Assembly: GCA_050246315.1 (NCBI GenBank)
Contig: JBFWWG010000003.1
Location: 96,001-160,000 of the forward strand
DNA from: Nitrospiraceae bacterium
Lineage (GTDB): Bacteria > Nitrospirota > Nitrospiria > Nitrospirales > Nitrospiraceae
DNA: 64,000 bases
Direction: 5' to 3'
A program made the position numbers and the translations under genes. Within the stretch, counting starts at the first letter, position 1; each line of letters opens with the position of its first letter. The notes beneath the pieces are model-generated. The model was not told where the DNA came from, searched no databases, and was given only the letters and a program-made list of their open reading frames with translations. Positions 7,801 to 17,053 of the stretch are shown here, piece after piece.

Positions 7801-8013
7801 ATGGCCGAAAAAGTGAAAGTCTGGTTCGATCCGGAAGCGGACTATCTCGAAGTGCAGTTCCGTGAGGCGCCTGGCTTCATGCGGGCGACGGCGCACGACG
7901 CGCTCATGGAGCGGGTCGACGAGCAGGGGCATGTGCTGGGCTTCAGCGTCCTTGGCGTGAGCCGTTTCAAAAAGGATCCTCCTCTGGAAGCTGAACTGAT
8001 GACCGGCTTTTAA
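7801..8013 (+). CDS. DUF2283 family protein
   Basis: VKVWFDPEADYLEVQF...MERVDEQGHVLGFSVLGVS; GAGGAG RBS. Confidence 0.82.
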   Translation: MAEKVKVWFDPEADYLEVQFREAPGFMRATAHDALMERVDEQGHVLGFSVLGVSRFKKDPPLEAELMTGF

Positions 8014-8105
8014 GGCGGGGCAGACGAATCTGACCTGTCCGTGAAACTTCCGACTTCATCCCCGCCCTGGCCTGACGACGCTGTTTCAGCGTTATCCGAT
8101 TTCGG

Positions 8106-9599
8106 ATGAACTCCTCCGCCATTGTCCAAAAACTCTGGAACTACTGCAACGTCCTGCGTGACGACGGGATGAGCTACGGCGACTACGTCGAACAGTTGAC
8201 GTATCTGCTGTTCCTCAAGATGGCGGACGAGAGGACGAAGCCGCCCTACAACCAACCGAGCCCGATCCCCGACAAGTACAGTTGGCAGAGCTTGCTCAAG
8301 AAAGACGGCGACGAACTCTTTGACCACTATCGCCACAGTCTGGAAAAGCTCGGCAACGAGAAGGGTTTGCTCGGCCTGATCTTCAACAAGTCGCAAAATA
8401 AGTTCCAAGATCCCGCCAAACTGCGCCGGCTCATAGTGGACTTAATCGACAGGGAAGACTGGTCGGCGATGAGCGCCGACGTGAAGGGCGATGCGTACGA
8501 AGGCCTGCTCCAAAAGAACGCCGAGGACGTGAAGGGTGGGGCCGGCCAATACTTCACGCCGCGTCCGCTCATTGCCGCAATGGTGGACTGTGTGGCTCCA
8601 AAACCGGGCGAGACGATCTGTGATCCGGCCTGTGGGACCGGCGGCTTCTTGCTGGCCGCGCACGATTATGTGGTGAAGCACAATCCGAATCTGACCAAGC
8701 TTCAGAAGAAGAAGCTGAAGGAAGAAACGCTCAAAGGCTACGAGTTGGTCCAGAGTGTCGTCCGTCTCTGCGCCATGAATCTGCTCTTGCATGGGATTGG
8801 CTCGCAGGAGGACGAGCCTATTGAGGCAGCGGATTCACTCGCCTCCGATCCCGGCGAACGGTTCAACCTCGTACTGACCAATCCACCGTTCGGCAAGAAG
8901 AGCAGCTACACGGTCGTCGGGCAGGAAGGCGAAGTCTCGAAGGAGCGGGAGACCTACGAGCGCGACGACTTTTGGGCGACCACTTCCAATAAACAACTGA
9001 ATTTCGTCCAGCATGTGAAGACCATCCTTGCAGTCAATGGCCGCGCGGCGGTCGTTGTGCCGGACAACGTGCTCTTTGAAGGTGGGGCAGGCGAGACGGT
9101 GCGGCGCAAGTTGCTGCATGATTGCGACGCACACACGTTGCTGCGTCTCCCAACCGGGCTTTTTTACGCCCAAGGCGTCAAGGCGAACGTGCTCTTCTTC
9201 GACAAGAAACCGGCGAGCGAAACACCCTGGACCAAGAACCTCTGGATCTACGATCTTCGCACCAACCAACACTTCACACTCAAGACCAACCCGCTCAAGC
9301 GAGAAGATTTGGACGAGTTTGTGAAATGCTACAACCCGGCGAATCGACACGAACGAAAAGCCACCTGGTCAGAAAAGAAGTCAGACGGCCGCTGGCGCGC
9401 TTACGCCTACGACGAGCTGATCGCCCGCGATAAAGCCAGCCTCGACATCTTTTGGCTCAAAGACGAATCCCTCGAAGCCTCCGACAACCTCCCAGATCCC
9501 GACGTGATCGCCCAGGAGATCGTGGACGATCTGGAGTCAGCCTTGGACCAGTTCAGGCTGATAACCAATGATCTTGGCACAGAACCGCACAGTTCATAG
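8106..9599 (+). CDS. hsdM: Type I restriction-modification N6-adenine methyltransferase subunit
   Basis: GQYFTPR, DPACGTGGFL, NPPF, VVPDNVLF; full length, 497 aa. Confidence 0.95.
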   Translation: MNSSAIVQKLWNYCNVLRDDGMSYGDYVEQLTYLLFLKMADERTKPPYNQPSPIPDKYSWQSLLKKDGDELFDHYRHSLEKLGNEKGLLGLIFNKSQNKFQDPAKLRRLIVDLIDREDWSAMSADVKGDAYEGLLQKNAEDVKGGAGQYFTPRPLIAAMVDCVAPKPGETICDPACGTGGFLLAAHDYVVKHNPNLTKLQKKKLKEETLKGYELVQSVVRLCAMNLLLHGIGSQEDEPIEAADSLASDPGERFNLVLTNPPFGKKSSYTVVGQEGEVSKERETYERDDFWATTSNKQLNFVQHVKTILAVNGRAAVVVPDNVLFEGGAGETVRRKLLHDCDAHTLLRLPTGLFYAQGVKANVLFFDKKPASETPWTKNLWIYDLRTNQHFTLKTNPLKREDLDEFVKCYNPANRHERKATWSEKKSDGRWRAYAYDELIARDKASLDIFWLKDESLEASDNLPDPDVIAQEIVDDLESALDQFRLITNDLGTEPHSS

Positions 9600-9790
9600 G
9601 GAACCCGGAAGCGGTACCGGAACGCTTTGCATACCGTAGAAAAGGTACCGGGAGTCTTTGTCATCACACAGGGCCTGCAAGCGAACAGTGCAAACCTCGT
9701 CCGCCTTCGGAGCCTGTGGATCCGACGCCCGTGATCCTGGCAGTGACCGGTCCTCACTGCAATTGCTTGTAGATCCGAAAATCGTTTCTC

Positions 9791-9997
9791 TTAGGCCTCC
9801 ACCGTAACCGTCTTGATCGCGGCTTTGATCTTCGACACCACCTCCGGCGGAGGGGCGGACATCTTGTGCGCCACCTTGGCATGGTCGCCCGTCAACCGCA
9901 TCACCTCATCTTCCGTCTCAGCCCGCACCATGAACGCACACCCTCCATTGGGGTCTACATCGAGACAACCAAGTTGTTTGTAGGTTTTCTTGGCCAT
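9791..9997 (-). CDS. DUF1059 small metal-binding protein
   Basis: C.D.....C.F.VRAETEDEVM....HAK..H; AGGAGG RBS. Confidence 0.82.
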   Translation of the reverse strand: MAKKTYKQLGCLDVDPNGGCAFMVRAETEDEVMRLTGDHAKVAHKMSAPPPEVVSKIKAAIKTVTVEA

Positions 9998-10039
9998 GAC
10001 GACCTCCTGTCGGTAAAAGGTGGGGACACCGGAATTGCT

Positions 10040-10177
10040 CTAGCAGACTGCGGAAAACCCTCCGTTCATCCTTCGAGGACCTCAGGACGAACGGAGCGGT
10101 GATTGAATAGACTGGTGTTTTCCGATCGTGCTGAGCCTGTCGCAGCACACAAATCGAGTTGTTCCGTCGCCTGCCAG
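10040..10177. repeat. MITE/REP-like intergenic element
   Basis: Imperfect TIR ctagcagactgcggaaaa / ttgttccgtcgcctgccag; internal hairpin ctccgttcatcct...aggacgaacggag plus a gtgctgagcctgtcg unit. Confidence 0.7.
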
Positions 10178-10464
10178 ACTCGGATTCGATCTGGTTGATG
10201 AGGACCGGTCGCGCACGATCCGAAAGATGCTAGACCGTCCGTGTGGAGCAGTCAAGACTACGTAGCCTGATTGTCAGGTCCAAGTCGCAATGTCCGGTTC
10301 AATGTTCCGGCTGCCGCTGGCTGTGGTCCTCGTTCCGACGTCCATCGCTGACGCCATGGATGTTCCGCCGCTAGCGTGATTTGGCGCCGTGATCGCCGGC
10401 CGGAGCCTCTGCCGCGTAGGCGGGCTGCGCCGCCGCAGGATACTTGGATGACTTCTGTCCGAAC

Positions 10465-10902
10465 TCAGTCGCTTGTTCGAAGGGGAGGGGAATCGTGAAG
10501 GGAGGCAGTTGAAATGGGACTCGCGTTCGTTCGATCCTTCGCCCGGCCGGTCGCCGCATCGACCTTTCGTCCGATCCCATATGCCGTCATGGCCCAGCAG
10601 CCGGCTACGAAGATGACGTGGAACAGAACATCGCTCCAAGGTCCGAGGAGATAGCCTTCGTCCGCACCCTGGGTGTATCCAAGGAGAAGGGTCAAAACGC
10701 CCACCGTCAGCCAACGAGTTCCGGCGAGTGTGGCCGCCCGATCGAGCTTGTCACGGTCCTCCGGACTCACTTCCGAATCAGGAGACGGCCGGGCGTTGAG
10801 CCACTTCCAATCGATAGGCGCCCGCTTTCGCCGGTGCAGAAACGCCAGCCCCCCAACGGATACGAGAGTTCCCAGCAGGATCAGATCAAAGGTGCTGAGC
10901 AC
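10465..10902 (-). CDS. Hypothetical membrane protein
   Basis: Three hydrophobic segments; GAGGAG upstream of the GTG start. Confidence 0.6.
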   Translation of the reverse strand: MLSTFDLILLGTLVSVGGLAFLHRRKRAPIDWKWLNARPSPDSEVSPEDRDKLDRAATLAGTRWLTVGVLTLLLGYTQGADEGYLLGPWSDVLFHVIFVAGCWAMTAYGIGRKVDAATGRAKDRTNASPISTASLHDSPPLRTSD

Positions 10903-11239
10903 AAGACGCTCCTCACAGGAGATCGGCCACCAGACGAATCCGACTCAGAACTGAGGAATCAGAAACTGAGGAATCGAACGGCGGGAATGGACGGCAGGCG
11001 TGACAACATGAGACTCACGATACCCTGACCATCGGCCTCGCTTGGACCGACGCACGGTACAACAAACGGCACGTCTGAAACAAGCGGTCCGGCTGATCCA
11101 ATAGGGTCCGGGGCACCGCCGACCCCGTCCACCGTCGGCCGGCTTGACGTTCGACCACATTGCGCGTAGCGTAGGGACGGCTGTCGGTCGGTTGACCCAT
11201 CCTTTTTCCCTGGCTTCTTGGATGAAAGGGGGTACGACG

Positions 11240-11476
11240 ATGCTGCCCTCCCACCTCTCCATCATTGAATCGCTCCACGGCGAAACGCGGCAAACCTTCT
11301 ACGATCAACACACGTCGCTCGCCCACGTGATGCACGCGGGCTTGCTCCTGCTTCCTCTCGCCGGGCTGTTGCTCAGGGGCACGGTCGGCGCGGTCTTGGG
11401 CTTGACGCTGTTCATTCTGTGTTATTACCTCCTGCCCTTCGTGTGGTTCGCGACGCACGACAGTCGCCGCCACTGA
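11240..11476 (+). CDS. Small hypothetical membrane protein
   Basis: AAGGGGG RBS; two hydrophobic helices. Confidence 0.6.
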   Translation: MLPSHLSIIESLHGETRQTFYDQHTSLAHVMHAGLLLLPLAGLLLRGTVGAVLGLTLFILCYYLLPFVWFATHDSRRH

Positions 11477-11643
11477 ACGTGCGGACTGCATGGAAAAGGG
11501 ACACGGCCACTTCGAACTCGTCACGTTGGCTGATTGAGGGAAGAAGGCTGTTGCGGCTATCGGTGTGGGGACGACTCCTGCGTGGCGAGTGAATCGATGC
11601 GCTGGAGCGGGTCTTGTTCTTTTTCTACGAGGTCCGTGGCTAT

Positions 11644-12621
11644 CTAGGAAACGGCATCGCGGTGTGGCGGCAGAATCTGATCTATCGCGTCCCATTGCGC
11701 CTTCAGCACAGCCTGGGCCTCGGGAAGGGTGGTCGGTTTGAACCCTACCGATTCACCGGGCAGCAGTTGTCCTGCAAGGTGCAGATCCGCCGAGATCACA
11801 ACCGCAACGATCGGATAGCCGCCGGTCGTCGGACAATCGGCCATCAGGAGAATCGGCTGTCCATCCGGAGGGACTTGGAGCGCTCCCACCGCGGTTCCGT
11901 CGGAGATGCGTGCCTCCGTTCGCGTCCGCGCGAGCTTGGGCCCTTCCAAACGGTATCCCATGCGATTCGATTGACTGGAGAGCCGGTAGGCTGTGGCGCT
12001 GAGCGCCTCGAACGCCTGCGGGACATCGAACGAAGCGTGCGGCCCGGGCAGTATCCTGAGCGTTACTCTGCTTGAGTAACATGAACGCAACTCCCGTGAC
12101 AGCGTCTGTCCGATCGCCGCTTGCTGGTGAAATCCTGGGGTTCCGCCTATGAGACTGTCGCCCGCGGCCAATGTCCGGCCTTTCATTCCGCCAGTACCGC
12201 TGGAGACATGGGTGGACCGGCTCCCCAGCACGACCGGAACATCGATTCCGCCGGCGATCGCGAGGTAGCAGCGAGCGCCGGAGCGCCGGCTTCCGAACAT
12301 GAGCCTGCTCCCGGCCTTCACCGGCACGCTGGTCCAAAGCGGCAACGGGTCGCCATCGATCACGGGGCTGAGATCGGCGCCGGTGACCGCCACCACCGCT
12401 GCCCGTTCGAAGAACAGTTCCGGCCCTTTGAGCGTGATTTCCAGCGCCGCCTCGTGATCGCGATTCCCGACGAGCCGGTTCGCGATGACATGGGATCGAC
12501 GATCCATCGGACCGCCGACCGGCATGCCGTATTGTCGATACCCATGCCGGCCGCCATCTTGAACCGTCGTCAACCATCCAGGCTTGACCACCGTGATCCG
12601 GGCCGGCTCCCCCGCCATCAT
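11644..12621 (-). CDS. pxpC: 5-oxoprolinase subunit C
   Basis: TTVQDGGR.G, SNRMGYRL, LMADCPTTGGYP. Confidence 0.92.
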   Translation of the reverse strand: MMAGEPARITVVKPGWLTTVQDGGRHGYRQYGMPVGGPMDRRSHVIANRLVGNRDHEAALEITLKGPELFFERAAVVAVTGADLSPVIDGDPLPLWTSVPVKAGSRLMFGSRRSGARCYLAIAGGIDVPVVLGSRSTHVSSGTGGMKGRTLAAGDSLIGGTPGFHQQAAIGQTLSRELRSCYSSRVTLRILPGPHASFDVPQAFEALSATAYRLSSQSNRMGYRLEGPKLARTRTEARISDGTAVGALQVPPDGQPILLMADCPTTGGYPIVAVVISADLHLAGQLLPGESVGFKPTTLPEAQAVLKAQWDAIDQILPPHRDAVS

Positions 12622-13382
12622 CTCGCTCGCACCGCCGCAACCAGAATCCTTGCCGCTTCAAGCTCCTGCCGGATCATTTGCGCGAACGCGACGGCCTTCG
12701 GCGTATCGCTGTGCAGACACAGACTGTCGGCTTGTAGCGCCACTGTCGCTCCATCGATGGCGGTCACGGAACCTTTCAACAATTGATGGAGTTGCCGTCG
12801 CACGGCTTCTTCGGTCTCCAACACGGCCCCGTTTTCCGAGCGCGGGACCAAACTGCCGTCGGCGCGATAGGCGCGATCGACAAAGGCCTCGTTGACGACG
12901 GCCAGGCCCGCGGCCCGCGCCGCCTTAACCAGTTCCGATCCGGCCAGGGCGTAGAGCAGCAACCTGTGATCGACGGCTTGCACCGCTCGGACCACGGCAA
13001 GGGCGATTTCCGAAGCCCTGGCGGCTCGGTTATACAGCGCGCCGTGCGGTTTGACATGGGTGAAGGTCAGACCGTCACGATCGAGTACCTCGGCGAGAGT
13101 ATCGAGCTGTCGGACCACCAAGCGTTCGATTTCATCTGGGACCATGATCCGTTCGACTCGCCCGAACTGGTCCGGGTCCGGCAATCCCGGATGCGCACCG
13201 ATCGCAATGCCATGCTGAGCCGCGAGCTGGGCGGTGTGTCGCATGAGGGCCGGTGTGCCCGCATGGCCTCCGCAGGCGATGTTCACCGATGTGATGAGCG
13301 GGATGAGGGCCGCATCGATGGCTCGCCCCTCGGCGGTCTCCCGCTCCCCCATGTCGCTGTTCAGATCAATGCGCGTGATCAT
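12618..13382 (-). CDS. pxpA: 5-oxoprolinase subunit A (LamB/YcsF)
   Basis: IDLNSDMGE, NIACGGHAG, HVKPHGALYN, CLHSDTP. Confidence 0.93.
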   Translation of the reverse strand: MITRIDLNSDMGERETAEGRAIDAALIPLITSVNIACGGHAGTPALMRHTAQLAAQHGIAIGAHPGLPDPDQFGRVERIMVPDEIERLVVRQLDTLAEVLDRDGLTFTHVKPHGALYNRAARASEIALAVVRAVQAVDHRLLLYALAGSELVKAARAAGLAVVNEAFVDRAYRADGSLVPRSENGAVLETEEAVRRQLHQLLKGSVTAIDGATVALQADSLCLHSDTPKAVAFAQMIRQELEAARILVAAVRAR

Positions 13383-14127
13383 TCTGTTCACGACGGAGGC
13401 GATCGAACTCCTCCCGCCCGATCGGCTCGAACCGCACGAGGTCGCCTGGGCCCAACAGAAACGGGTTGGCATCGGCCGGACGATAGAGCGTGCAGGGCGT
13501 GCAGCCGATCAGTCGCCATCCGCCCGGCGTCGCGGCCGGATAGATGCCGGTTTGGTTGCCGGCAATTCCGACGGAGCCGGACGGGACCAGCGCGCGTGGT
13601 GTGGCGAGGCGAGGCATCGCTAACGAATTCGGCACAATTCCGAGATAAGGAAAGCCGGGGATGAAGCCCAGCATGTAGACGCGGTATTCGACGGAAGCGT
13701 GGAGACGAATCGCGTCGGCTACGGAGAGTTTGGCAAAAGTCGCCAGCTCCTCCAAGTCGGGTCCCCACTCGCCACCGTAGAGCACCGGAATCCTGTGTCT
13801 TGTGCCGGAAGCGGCACGACTGCTTGGGACCATGCGAGAGAGCTGGAGCAACCGATCGGACAACGTGGTCACATCCAGACAGCGTGGATCGACATGGATC
13901 GTGACGGAACGGTAGGTGGGGACAATGTCTCGGACTGCGGGCCAACCCTGTTTGCGCACGAGGTCGGCGAAGGCGAGCACTTGTTCGTTCACGGCCGGAT
14001 CGATCTTGTTGCCGAACTCGACCGTGAGGGCCGCATCGCCGAGCGGAAGGAGTCGGATGAGGGAGGTGGCCGCTTTTTCGCTGTCGTCTGCTCGATGCGA
14101 ATCGGCTTGTCGATCGGACCTCGGCAT
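13366..14127 (-). CDS. pxpB: 5-oxoprolinase subunit B (KipI-like)
   Basis: LGD.AL.VEFG, VYMLGF.PGFPYL, GIYP..TPGGW.LIG. Confidence 0.92.
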   Translation of the reverse strand: MPRSDRQADSHRADDSEKAATSLIRLLPLGDAALTVEFGNKIDPAVNEQVLAFADLVRKQGWPAVRDIVPTYRSVTIHVDPRCLDVTTLSDRLLQLSRMVPSSRAASGTRHRIPVLYGGEWGPDLEELATFAKLSVADAIRLHASVEYRVYMLGFIPGFPYLGIVPNSLAMPRLATPRALVPSGSVGIAGNQTGIYPAATPGGWRLIGCTPCTLYRPADANPFLLGPGDLVRFEPIGREEFDRLRREQNDHAH

Positions 14128-14302
14128 GCGCTCTCAGAAGCCGGATGGGTTCGGATACCCTACTTGGTTTAGGGCCTGTCGTAAAGCAGGCGATCGATCG
14201 CCTCTTGACTCCTTGACACCCTTTTGAAGACAGCCTAGCCTTTGGCCCCAAGTGGCAATGAATCGGTTGAGTGAACGCGTATCAACCGTGGAAAGGACGA
14301 GG

Positions 14303-15034
14303 ATGCGAGTGATTGCGCTTTTGATCGTGTTTCTGACCATACCCATCACGGCGTGGGGTGACGATACCACAAAGCCGGAGCTGCCCACATTGACGGTGGC
14401 GGCCACCGGCACTGTGACCGTCGCTCCGGACACGGCCTTTGTCACGCTGGGAATGGAGACAGCCGGCAAATCGCTGGCGGAGACCCAGAATCAGAATTCT
14501 GCCGTCATGCAGAAGGTGCTGGAACGGTTGCGCGGCTTGAGGATCGACAAGGAGCGCATCCAGACCTCGTCGTTCACGGTCTCGCCCCACTATAAGCCGC
14601 CCTCCAAACGGCCTTCTGATGCGCCGCCGGTCTTGCCGGAGATCATTGGGTACACGGTCAGCAATACCCTCACGGTGGAGGTTCGTGATCTGGACAAGGT
14701 GGCCTCGGTGATCGAGGAGGCTTTGTCGGCCGGCGCCAACCATTTTCATGGACTACATTGGGGATTGCGGGACGAGCAACCGGCGCGACTGCAGGCCCTC
14801 AAACTCGCCGCGACCAAGGCGCGGGAAAAGGCGGCGACTTTGAGCGAGGCGCTCAACGTCAGGCTCGCACGGTTGATGAATGCGGCCGAAGGCGGCCATG
14901 TCGTCCGTCCGGCGCCCCATATGACCCGTGCGACCATGGCGATGGAAGCAGCAGGAGGCGACGTGCCCATCGCGTCAGGTGAAATCAAGGTCGAAGCCAC
15001 CGTGACCCTGGTCTATGAGATCGCGCCCAACTGA
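14303..15034 (+). CDS. SIMPL/DUF541 periplasmic protein
   Basis: Signal peptide; TV.A.G.V.VAPD.A, GY.VSN.L.V, ARE.A..L, GEI.V.A.V...Y. Confidence 0.88.
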   Translation: MRVIALLIVFLTIPITAWGDDTTKPELPTLTVAATGTVTVAPDTAFVTLGMETAGKSLAETQNQNSAVMQKVLERLRGLRIDKERIQTSSFTVSPHYKPPSKRPSDAPPVLPEIIGYTVSNTLTVEVRDLDKVASVIEEALSAGANHFHGLHWGLRDEQPARLQALKLAATKAREKAATLSEALNVRLARLMNAAEGGHVVRPAPHMTRATMAMEAAGGDVPIASGEIKVEATVTLVYEIAPN

Positions 15035-15046
15035 CGCGGCTCCTCA

Positions 15047-15269
15047 CAGGGTGCTGAAAAAGTCCGCCGGCGGCGTTGGGGCACCCATTGCCGTTCTTTC
15101 CTGGTGCAATGCGTCTCACGCGAAGAGGTTCATCTTGAAGGAGTTTCTCCAGCGGCGTCAATACCGGATGGGCTTCGCCCGATGAGCCCCTGGTTCACAC
15201 AAGTGCGGTATGTACGATTCGCCTCTTCGCTCGCTGCGGCCTTGCTGGACGGTCGTTTTGAGCATTCTG
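15047..15269. repeat. MITE-like intergenic repeat (CAGGATGCTGAAA family)
   Basis: Ends cagggtgctgaaaaagtccgcc / ggacggtcgttttgagcattctg; shares modules with the copies at 30733, 41787 and 56080. Confidence 0.8.
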
Positions 15270-15346
15270 GCCCGTTCTTCTTTACCGTCTGGGGCCTCAA
15301 TGCCGGTGCCGGCTATCAGGATCGCGAGCAGTTTGTTCGCGGTCGG

Positions 15347-15916
15347 CTAGATCGGTGCATTGCCCGGCTTCCATTTGATGCTGCAGCCGATGCTGGGTTG
15401 CTGGCTGGCCTCGACGGGTCGGCCCGCGAGCACCGAACCGATTGCCGCGCGCAGATCACGGCCGGTGACGGGCTTGTTGTTGCCAGGCCGGCTGTCGTCA
15501 AGCTGTCCTCGGTAGACCAACCGCCGCTGCCCATCAAAGAGGTAAAAGTCCGGTGTGCAGGCGGCCCTGTAGGCCTTGGCGACCTCCTGACTCTCGTCGA
15601 AACATAACGGAAACCGCCAAGCGAGGCGTTCCGCCAATTCCTTAAGCTGAGCCGGCGCGTCGTCGGGATAGGCCGCGGGATCGTTGCTGCTGATGCCGAC
15701 CATGCCCAGGCCGGTCTCCGCATAGTCCCGTCCAAGCCTGCCGAGTTCCTCCTGAACATGCTGCACGTAGGGGCAATGCCGGCAGAGGAACATCACCAAC
15801 AACGCCTCTTTTTTGCCGAACGAGTCGAGCGAATACGTTCGACCGCTCACGACATCCCGCAATGCGAACGGGGGAGCGATGGTTCCGAGGGGGAGCATCA
15901 CCGACGCGACTGCCAT
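15347..15916 (-). CDS. Thioredoxin family protein (AhpC/TSA-like)
   Basis: VMFLCRHCPYV, AACTPDF, YRGQLDD, SIGCSIKW. Confidence 0.9.
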   Translation of the reverse strand: MAVASVMLPLGTIAPPFALRDVVSGRTYSLDSFGKKEALLVMFLCRHCPYVQHVQEELGRLGRDYAETGLGMVGISSNDPAAYPDDAPAQLKELAERLAWRFPLCFDESQEVAKAYRAACTPDFYLFDGQRRLVYRGQLDDSRPGNNKPVTGRDLRAAIGSVLAGRPVEASQQPSIGCSIKWKPGNAPI

Positions 15917-16209
15917 AGACACCTCTTCCGGTTTGACTACCTATATCCGTGATGAATGATCGTCCGACTCTAGCAGCGGGCTTCGGTACGACTCAAGCCC
16001 CGACCCTTTTGACCATTTTGTGCGGAACCGGTACAATGCCCTCGATTCCTCATTATTCCTAGCCCTGTCCTAATCCATGCCGCACCGCGGGAGTCGCTCT
16101 GATTAGGGAACAAGCCCCTGCCATCGGCCGCGAAGCGTATGGCTTCGACGGTCAGACGGTCCCGGTCTCGCGGAAGGTCTGGCATGTCAACCCGACTGCA
16201 AACCCATTC

Positions 16210-16851
16210 ATGAATCGCCAACAGGCGGGCTTTCACTTGACGATCCTGATCCTGCTCGGCGGGATCTTCTTTCTTGATATGCGGATGGGCCTGGGGTTTA
16301 CGCCTTGGCTCCTCTATATGATTCCTATCGGGGTCACCTATTGGACGGCCTACTTGTATGCCCCGTTGGTCGTGGCTGGCCTGTCCACCCTGTTGGTCCT
16401 GCTCGGCTACATCCTGTCCCCTCCGTTGTCGTCCGAGTCCGTCGCTCTGACGAATCGGATGTTCGGCACGATCACGTTCTGGGCAATGAGCCTCCTCATC
16501 GTCGCTTACAAGGTCCTGGCCGCGCGCCTGTCCTCGCTCACCGACCGATTAGCCATTGAACTCAAGGAGCGGACGGAGGATCTGGGCCGGGTTGTGCGCG
16601 CCTTCAAGGCCGAGCAGCAGCATCAAGATCAGCCGGAAGGGGGCCGGCCGACAGTCGGCGACGAATTCAAGCGCGAGGTCACTCAGGTGTTGGCGGCCGA
16701 GAGCCGGCGTCTCCAGGAGAAGGTCGAAGATCTCCAGCAGGGTGAGCCGCCCGTAGAAAACGGAGAAGAGAGCCTCGAAAGAACCCGCAGCGAATTGGAA
16801 CGGCTCGGCAAGCAGTTGGAGCAGTTGCAGCGCGATTTATTGCGCCCATGA
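16210..16851 (+). CDS. Hypothetical membrane protein with C-terminal coiled coil
   Basis: About four N-terminal TM segments and a Glu/Leu-rich heptad tail. Confidence 0.75.
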   Translation: MNRQQAGFHLTILILLGGIFFLDMRMGLGFTPWLLYMIPIGVTYWTAYLYAPLVVAGLSTLLVLLGYILSPPLSSESVALTNRMFGTITFWAMSLLIVAYKVLAARLSSLTDRLAIELKERTEDLGRVVRAFKAEQQHQDQPEGGRPTVGDEFKREVTQVLAAESRRLQEKVEDLQQGEPPVENGEESLERTRSELERLGKQLEQLQRDLLRP

Positions 16852-16935
16852 GCGTGGTTGCTCACTCGAAGCGATCGGCGCCGGCACTGCCTCAGCGTGA
16901 TCTCCGACCTCTGGATAAGCCATCCTTCCGGTGTT

Positions 16936-16965
16936 TTGACCCGATAAAAAACCACGTGCTATAGT
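16936..16965 (+). promoter_or_regulatory. sigma70-like promoter of the proA-like gene
   Basis: TTGACC, 18 bp, TATAGT with an extended TG. Confidence 0.6.
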
Positions 16966-17053
16966 CCGGCCGATTCATGACTCTGGCTGGTGATTCAGCC
17001 TTCGGTCCAATCATCCACACGATCCGACAGCTCGACAGCAGAGGTCACGACCC

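Noticed and set aside
1..9600. Classical integron (intI/attC) explaining the small-gene arrays
   Set aside because: No tyrosine recombinase in the window, and I found no recurring RYYYAAC...GTTRRRY attC structures after the genes
15104..15607. 167-aa plus-strand ORF
   Set aside because: Runs through a MITE and antisense to the thioredoxin-family gene; spurious
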